A model generated the notes under the pieces. That model saw only the letters and a program-made list of their open reading frames with translations, ran no database searches and was not told the DNA's origin. The position numbers and the translations under genes were made by a program. From the NCBI GenBank assembly GCA_021513695.1, contig CP084166.1:480001-544000 (forward strand): DNA of 64,000 bases, in the 5' to 3' direction. Numbering within the stretch: the stretch's first letter is position 1; the number at the start of each line of letters is the position of its first letter. This DNA comes from Candidatus Heimdallarchaeum aukensis (GTDB lineage Archaea > Asgardarchaeota > Heimdallarchaeia > Heimdallarchaeales > Heimdallarchaeaceae). Of the stretch, positions 58,648 through 64,000 are shown one piece after another.

Positions 58648-58935
58648 TCATCCCCCTGCAACAAAAGGAAGTATCGATATTTCAGTTTTATCTTCAGTTA
58701 CTAGATAAGTTGACAGCTCTTCATGATGAATAGTTTTGCTATTTATCATTATATTATAAAAAGAATGTAGCTTTTTATTTGTAAATAGGAGTCCATCAAG
58801 CTCTGGATACGTCTTAGTTAAAAATTCTATTGCTTCTAAAACAGTTATTTCCTTATCTTCTAATTCAATTTCGACTTCTGCTTTATTTCCTAAAGTAGAC
58901 CTTAACTGACCAAACAAGCGAAAAATAACTCTCAT
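58648..58935 (-). CDS. MoaD/ThiS-like ubiquitin-fold sulfur-carrier or small modifier protein ending in Gly-Gly.
   Basis: 95 aa, beta-grasp-like, C-terminal ...LPFVAGG followed by a stop. Confidence 0.5.
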   Translation of the reverse strand: MRVIFRLFGQLRSTLGNKAEVEIELEDKEITVLEAIEFLTKTYPELDGLLFTNKKLHSFYNIMINSKTIHHEELSTYLVTEDKTEISILPFVAGG

Positions 58936-59000
58936 TCTTTTTCCTCTGATAAGATAAAGTAGATTAAAAGAATAAAATTGTTATGTTTTGTCAATTCTTT

Positions 59001-59561
59001 TTATATAGAATTTACCTCAAAGAATTTGACTATATTTTCTATAAGAGTAATAAAAGCTCTTTCTACATTTTCTCCTGTTTTAGCTGAAGTTTCTATATAA
59101 GGTACTTCGAATCCACTCCAATTACTTAGGCTTTTGGCATAATCTGCAGCATATTCATATGGTACTGCATTAGGAGTTGAATCACGAAGATCAGATTTGT
59201 TTCCAATTAAAAGCATAGGAACAATCTTATTTTTGTTATTCTTGATTAACTCATGAATCCAATTAGGTAATAATTCATATGTTTCAGGTCTTGAAATGTC
59301 AAAAACTAGCAAAGCACCTGAAGTTCCTCGATAATATACTTCTCTCACTGCAGAAAAACGTTGTTGTCCTGCTAAATCCCATATCTGTAGAGTATACTCA
59401 ATATTATTTAGTAGCATTTTCTTTACTGCAAAGTCTGCACCTACTGTCATGGCATATCCTGATTCAAAAGTTTCTCCTAAATATCGACGTCTTAACGATG
59501 TTTTACCTACTGCTCCTTCACCAAGCAATGAAACTTTAAAGATTCTCTGCACTTTTTTCAT
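59001..59561 (-). CDS. Rab/Ras-like small GTPase.
   Basis: G1 LLGEGAVGKTSL, G3 LQIWDLAGQQRF...YYRG (Rab WDTAGQERF...YYRG pattern), G4 LLIGNKSDL, G5 ETSAK. 186 aa. Confidence 0.75.
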   Translation of the reverse strand: MKKVQRIFKVSLLGEGAVGKTSLRRRYLGETFESGYAMTVGADFAVKKMLLNNIEYTLQIWDLAGQQRFSAVREVYYRGTSGALLVFDISRPETYELLPNWIHELIKNNKNKIVPMLLIGNKSDLRDSTPNAVPYEYAADYAKSLSNWSGFEVPYIETSAKTGENVERAFITLIENIVKFFEVNSI

Positions 59562-59717
59562 CTCTCTCTATTTCTAAAGAACTCATGCACAACATATTAT
59601 TAAATTATTTGTTTACTTGCAATGTCTACTATTTAAGAAAATTATTTTTTAGAAAAACTCTTAGTGCATTTTACCTTTTAATTAGCTTTTTATAGTTCTT
59701 TAACTACTAATAACAAG

Positions 59718-61088
59718 ATGAGTGAAGAAACAGTTGTTATTCAAAATCCTTTACTAGTGTGTAAGTACATTAAAAAATTTACTCATTATCCAGAATTTGA
59801 TAGAATTTTAATAGATAATTTAGATTGGAAAAGAGAAGATATTATTGGAATCTCCATTATTCCTATTGTAGATACTGTTCCATCAGGCAAAAATGCAATC
59901 TTTAGAATATTTATTTCAAACATGGGAGAAACAACACAAAAGGTAAAAGTTCATGTTCGTACTTTTGGTTATTTAAGCAAAAAAGAAAAGTTAAATAGAA
60001 GCCAAATAGCATTTAAAAAATTAATTATCAACAACAATGAAGTATGGTATAGAGATGTTATCATACCAAGTGATATAAAATTAGGTAAAAACTTTTTCCA
60101 GCTTGTCGTTAAATATAAAGTAAACAAAAAGAAAAGAATAATCTATGAAATTAAAGAATATACAGAGATTATGCCTTTAGATCATATAAAACAGATTGCC
60201 AGACAAAACTTTTTAGGACTTGCCCAAAAGCCCTACATTGATCCTTCTTCAATAAGTTATTGGATATATTGCTCTCTTTTTGGTTCTAGAAATTATTCAA
60301 AAGAACCAACTTTCATTTATATAACTAAATGGATTGTTTTTCTTCTAAGTATTTCTACTATTGGTGCTTACTTCACTTTACCTTTACCTGAAATAGTTCT
60401 TTATATCAGTTCAGGAGGAGCTTTGCTTTCTTTCCTAACCTTTTTTACTGATTTAGATAGACATACAGTCCGTGAGATACATGATTTAGGTTTAACTGAA
60501 TTAAAAAGAAAAGCCTTCATAGATAACATCCCGAAAAAAACCGAATGGCTTAAGTTATTCACTCTGAAAAGTGATTATTTCTATTTCATTGAAGAAGAAT
60601 CAACTTTTGCATGGAAAACTAGTACAGATAATTCATTTAAACCAGTTATTTATTCTTTAAATCAAGTTTTAGATACACAATTAAGTATAAAAGAAGGAAC
60701 AAAAGAAGAGGAAGAAAGAATAATTGAAGAAATAATAACTAATAGGAAAATAGAAAAAATTAAAACAAAAACAAAAACGAAAGAAGAAGTAGAAGAACAC
60801 GAAGGTATTGTTTTTGAAGAAGATTTGTCCATAAGTTTTGATGCAAAGATGCAAATACTTGATAGTATAACTTCATATACTGTACCTAGCAAAGCAATTG
60901 AATTAGAAGATAGTTTTGAACTTCCTGTAGAAATAATAAAAACAGAAACATTCATAGAACCTGATTCTGTAGCTTTTGATGTTTTAGATAAACCTTTTAC
61001 AACTGATTTAGAACCAATAATTACAGACAGTGAAAGTATAGACTCTAAAGGTTCACTGAAATTCAAGAAAACAAACATAGATGTATAA
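59718..61088 (+). CDS. Hypothetical protein with a central TM segment and a Glu/Lys-rich acidic C-terminal region.
   Basis: 456-aa ORF. Hydrophobic stretch IVFLLSISTIGAYFTLPLPEIVLYISSGGALLSFLTFF. The C-terminus has TKTKTKEEVEEHEG...EEDL. Confidence 0.25.
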   Translation: MSEETVVIQNPLLVCKYIKKFTHYPEFDRILIDNLDWKREDIIGISIIPIVDTVPSGKNAIFRIFISNMGETTQKVKVHVRTFGYLSKKEKLNRSQIAFKKLIINNNEVWYRDVIIPSDIKLGKNFFQLVVKYKVNKKKRIIYEIKEYTEIMPLDHIKQIARQNFLGLAQKPYIDPSSISYWIYCSLFGSRNYSKEPTFIYITKWIVFLLSISTIGAYFTLPLPEIVLYISSGGALLSFLTFFTDLDRHTVREIHDLGLTELKRKAFIDNIPKKTEWLKLFTLKSDYFYFIEEESTFAWKTSTDNSFKPVIYSLNQVLDTQLSIKEGTKEEEERIIEEIITNRKIEKIKTKTKTKEEVEEHEGIVFEEDLSISFDAKMQILDSITSYTVPSKAIELEDSFELPVEIIKTETFIEPDSVAFDVLDKPFTTDLEPIITDSESIDSKGSLKFKKTNIDV

Positions 61089-61181
61089 ATAAAGTGAATA
61101 AAATAGATATGAAAAAATTAAACTGTAATAACTAAATTTGTTTTAAACAATAAATAGAAAAACTTTATCAATATACGTAAT

Positions 61182-61943
61182 TTGGTCGATTCAATGATTA
61201 CTGGAACACATCCTTCAACTATTGCCGAAGAAGATTATTTTTCATTTATTGGTATTTTTCTTTCAGTTCCGTTTTTTATTGCTTATTTTGTAAATGAGAT
61301 GATTCTAGCTTTATTCAGACTCACAAAATACGAAAGAGAGATTGGAACACCTGTTACTGCCCCTTATCCTACTTGGAGAATGATTAATGCTGTTATTTAT
61401 GCAGTAGCAATTATTATTTTAGCTCTTCAAGTTTTAAGTTGGAGTGTAACCTATCGAAGATATGAATTCAGAAAACTTGCAAAAAGAACTGTTTTTGCTT
61501 TTCTTATTACAGCTATTTTTGTAATTATTTTTGAGTACTTACAGATTTCAATGCCTGTTCAACCTAGAGATCAATCAGATATTACTGTGCCATTTTTCAC
61601 TTTAGTAGGCTTTCATTTGTGGTCTTTTGTTAGTTTTAAACAAGTTATAGAGCATTTAGGAAAACATTACAAAACTAGAGTAGGTGATTCTATATTTTAC
61701 ATTCTCTTTGCAAGCTATCCATTCATTAAATTTGGATTACCCATAATATTATTGATATTTGTCAGTTTGGCAATGTCTCCTTATGCTTTTATTCTCTATT
61801 CTGAAATAACAATGGCATACCTAGTCGGTTTCATTTCAATTGCTCTTGGTGTTGTTCTTATAAATGATGTTGTTAAAATTGGAAGAGCGCAAGATCATTA
61901 TTTTTTCACAAAAGAGAGCACCGAAAACAAAAAAGAGGATTAA
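61182..61943 (+). CDS. Integral membrane protein, hypothetical.
   Basis: 253 aa with about 6 predicted hydrophobic helices. Overlaps the downstream convergent gene by 4 nt. Confidence 0.25.
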   Translation: MVDSMITGTHPSTIAEEDYFSFIGIFLSVPFFIAYFVNEMILALFRLTKYEREIGTPVTAPYPTWRMINAVIYAVAIIILALQVLSWSVTYRRYEFRKLAKRTVFAFLITAIFVIIFEYLQISMPVQPRDQSDITVPFFTLVGFHLWSFVSFKQVIEHLGKHYKTRVGDSIFYILFASYPFIKFGLPIILLIFVSLAMSPYAFILYSEITMAYLVGFISIALGVVLINDVVKIGRAQDHYFFTKESTENKKED

Positions 61944-62584
61944 CTTTTTTTCTCTTTTTTATCTTTAATTTTGTAGTATAAGATTTCTAGTCCAGGTTTG
62001 ACTATAAATACAATTACAAGAACACTAACTCCAATCCCAATGATTATAAAAAGTATTTTTAACAAATCGCTATTATCTTGCAGAGGATCAGAAATATATT
62101 GTTCAGTTTCGTGATTTATTGCAATTTTTATTTTTTCTTCAAGAGTTGAAGCGTAGGTAAATCCTTCAAATATGGCTACTATATAATTATAATCATCTAA
62201 AATTATTATAAATGGAACAATTCTTATCTTGTAATCTACGACTGTTTTATTAGTTACATACCCCATTATCCAGTTTTCAGAAAGATTATTTTCTTTTTTA
62301 TAATCTAAAAGTTGTTCATTTGTTTTGTTGAATTTTGCAGATAGACCGAAGATTGTAATGTTATACCTCTCTTCTACTTCTTTTATTTCATCTATTTCAA
62401 GATGACAATTTGGGCAAGTAGGAAGATAGACAAAAACTATTTTTATACCTGAATAATAAGTAACATCATCATTTTCTCCTTCTGTGTTTATAAAAGATAT
62501 ACTAACATTACTAGCATTGGCAAATAAAGAACTTAATGAAATTACTATTATGAACACTGATAGGAAATGAATTATTTTTCTCAT
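61940..62584 (-). CDS. Membrane-anchored thioredoxin-fold thiol:disulfide oxidoreductase (TlpA/DsbE-like).
   Basis: N-terminal signal/TM, CxxC motif YLPTCPNCHLE, C-terminal TM (ILFIIIGIGVSVLVIVFIV). Confidence 0.45.
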   Translation of the reverse strand: MRKIIHFLSVFIIVISLSSLFANASNVSISFINTEGENDDVTYYSGIKIVFVYLPTCPNCHLEIDEIKEVEERYNITIFGLSAKFNKTNEQLLDYKKENNLSENWIMGYVTNKTVVDYKIRIVPFIIILDDYNYIVAIFEGFTYASTLEEKIKIAINHETEQYISDPLQDNSDLLKILFIIIGIGVSVLVIVFIVKPGLEILYYKIKDKKEKKS

Positions 62585-62771
62585 TACACTTAATCACAAT
62601 AGAGCACTTTTAAATCTCATTATTGATTAATATTAAGTGAAATTCTTTTTTCATTTTATTAAAAAAAAGTTTTTAATTCAGAACAAACAATAACAATTTG
62701 AAGAGAGATTGACACTACAAGATTCTGACTTTGATATTCCAGAAGAATTTTCTTCTTATAACAAGTTTTTA

Positions 62772-64000
62772 ATGGAAAACAAGAAAATCATTTTACCTAA
62801 AATAAAAGAATGGATGAAAAAAGGAAAAACTTTTTTCCAATCATTGGTCTATGCATGTGATGAGATAGGTTCAGAGCTACCTACTCCAGATGTGTTAAAA
62901 CCCACTTTCTTAGAAATAGCTATAATTGGATATTTCCTTTTAGATGAATATGAAAAAGTATTGAAAATAGAGACTATAAGCGATAATTTTCTTTCAAACT
63001 ACTTTAAATATAAATCTGCTTGGTTATTAGGTCACAAGAAAGCACAAGCTTACCTAGCTGATCTTGTACCGTCATTAATGGAGTTAAAAAAGCAAAATAA
63101 AGAGATTTACGAAATCTGTAACAATATAATCTCTCTTGAGGTAAGTTTCATCTCTTCTAACAAAGAAAATATATTAAAACATGCTGCACAGTTCAAGCAA
63201 GATCTTTTTGATAAATCACTTATCACTACTTTTCCTCTTTTGGCTATCGAAATTGCAGGAGATTTAGCTTACAGAGAATACAGAACTGGAGATCCTGCTT
63301 TCTCTGGTTGGCTTGAAATCTATAAAGAATTAGTAGAAGCTTTTAACATGGATTCTAGGAGATTAGACTGCTACACCATTTTAGGTGGTCTTTACAGGTA
63401 CAAGGGATATTTAGAAGATGCAGAAGAATATTACAAAAGAGCTATGGAATTATCAGAAAAAATAGGAAACGAAAAAGCATACAACGAAATAATAGCAAAG
63501 ATAGCGGATTTTGAACACACTAGAGGAAACTTTGACGTTGCTTTAAAACTCTGTCTGGATGTCATTCAAAAAACTGAAGGAAAAGGAGAGATTAACAAGT
63601 CAATTTACATAAATTTAGGCGAAATCTTAATTAAACAACAAAAGTACGAAGAAGCAGTAAAATATCTGAAAAAATTAGAGAACGATGAGTCTCAAGAAAC
63701 AGCTATAATTAACATTCTCCACGGTTATGCCTTAACTAAATTAGATGAAAAAGAATTATATAATAGTGGAATCAAATTACTGGAAAAGGGAGGAGCTTTA
63801 AGCGAGAAAACAGGAAATAGAAGATTTTTGACAATTTATTACTATTACAGAGGAAGAGCTCATTTAGACAGTTATGACTTGTCTTCAGCTATAAAGAACT
63901 TTGAAATGTGTTATAATACAGCAATAAATACAGAGTTTCAATATGTTCTTTTTTCTCAAATCTACTTGGCAGTAGCTTATCTTCACCGTTTCAAAGTTTC
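62772..64000 (+). CDS. TPR-repeat protein, 3' partial (runs off the window).
   Basis: Open frame from the ATG at 62772 (TTG at 62709 is also possible) to the window end. TPR-like repeats (GGLYRYKGYLEDAEEYYKRAMELSEK, AYNEIIAKIADFEHTRGNFDVALKL, YYYRGRAHLDSYDLSSAIKNFEMCY). Absent from the ORF track because no stop is reached. Confidence 0.4.
   Translation, partial: MENKKIILPKIKEWMKKGKTFFQSLVYACDEIGSELPTPDVLKPTFLEIAIIGYFLLDEYEKVLKIETISDNFLSNYFKYKSAWLLGHKKAQAYLADLVPSLMELKKQNKEIYEICNNIISLEVSFISSNKENILKHAAQFKQDLFDKSLITTFPLLAIEIAGDLAYREYRTGDPAFSGWLEIYKELVEAFNMDSRRLDCYTILGGLYRYKGYLEDAEEYYKRAMELSEKIGNEKAYNEIIAKIADFEHTRGNFDVALKLCLDVIQKTEGKGEINKSIYINLGEILIKQQKYEEAVKYLKKLENDESQETAIINILHGYALTKLDEKELYNSGIKLLEKGGALSEKTGNRRFLTIYYYYRGRAHLDSYDLSSAIKNFEMCYNTAINTEFQYVLFSQIYLAVAYLHRFKV

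Noticed and set aside
1-64000. tRNA or rRNA genes in the window, looked for via locally GC-rich patches (34.9-35.4 kb, 46.9 kb, 50.6-51.3 kb).
   Set aside because: The GC-rich patches correspond to IS-derived DNA or a hairpin loop. No cloverleaf-compatible segments or rRNA-like conserved stretches were recognised.

Overview
The window is AT-rich (roughly 30% GC by eye) and its gene content is archaeal. It is most consistent with an Asgard (Lokiarchaeia-like) genome: Arf-like and Rab-like small GTPases, three membrane proteins with roadblock-like domains, a GG-terminated ubiquitin-like protein, a tungsten-type AOR and Lrp/AsnC-type HTH regulators. I found no rRNA, tRNA or CRISPR array. There are four main blocks.

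(1) Lipid and fatty-acid locus, 1-19.5 kb. It holds a partial PlsY and BirA, plus all components of a biotin-dependent acyl-CoA carboxylase: CT beta at 1402, BCCP at 16347 and biotin carboxylase at 35862. Between them sits a giant type-I PKS/FAS-like gene (2998-15538) with the domain order FMN enoyl reductase - KS - AT - KS - 3x ACP - KR - DH - PPTase, followed by an alpha/beta hydrolase. This megasynthase is broken by a 1993-bp perfect tandem duplication, which is not a multiple of 3. A second 2.7-kb tandem duplication covers the gene's 3' end, the hydrolase, the BCCP and the 3' half of a downstream csx1.

(2) Type III-B CRISPR-Cas (Cmr) effector module on the minus strand, 19.7-27.6 kb. The order is cmr1 - HD-less cas10 with an intact GGDD - cmr3 - cmr4 - cmr5 - cmr6 - csx1 (CARF-HEPN). 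Next to it is a small stand-alone CARF-like gene pair. Beyond that lie a STAND ATPase-TPR protein, an MNT nucleotidyltransferase and a decayed, GC-rich IS5-like transposase remnant. There is no array, cas6 or cas1/cas2 in the window.

(3) 37-47 kb: an EamA transporter pseudogene, TldD/PmbA, a large surface protein and an Nre-like Cys4 protein.

(4) 47-64 kb: a GTPase / roadblock / membrane-protein neighbourhood, interrupted by an intact IS6-like element with TIRs and a target-site duplication. It also contains an AOR, an Ldh_2 oxidoreductase, a MoaD-like protein and a thioredoxin-like protein.
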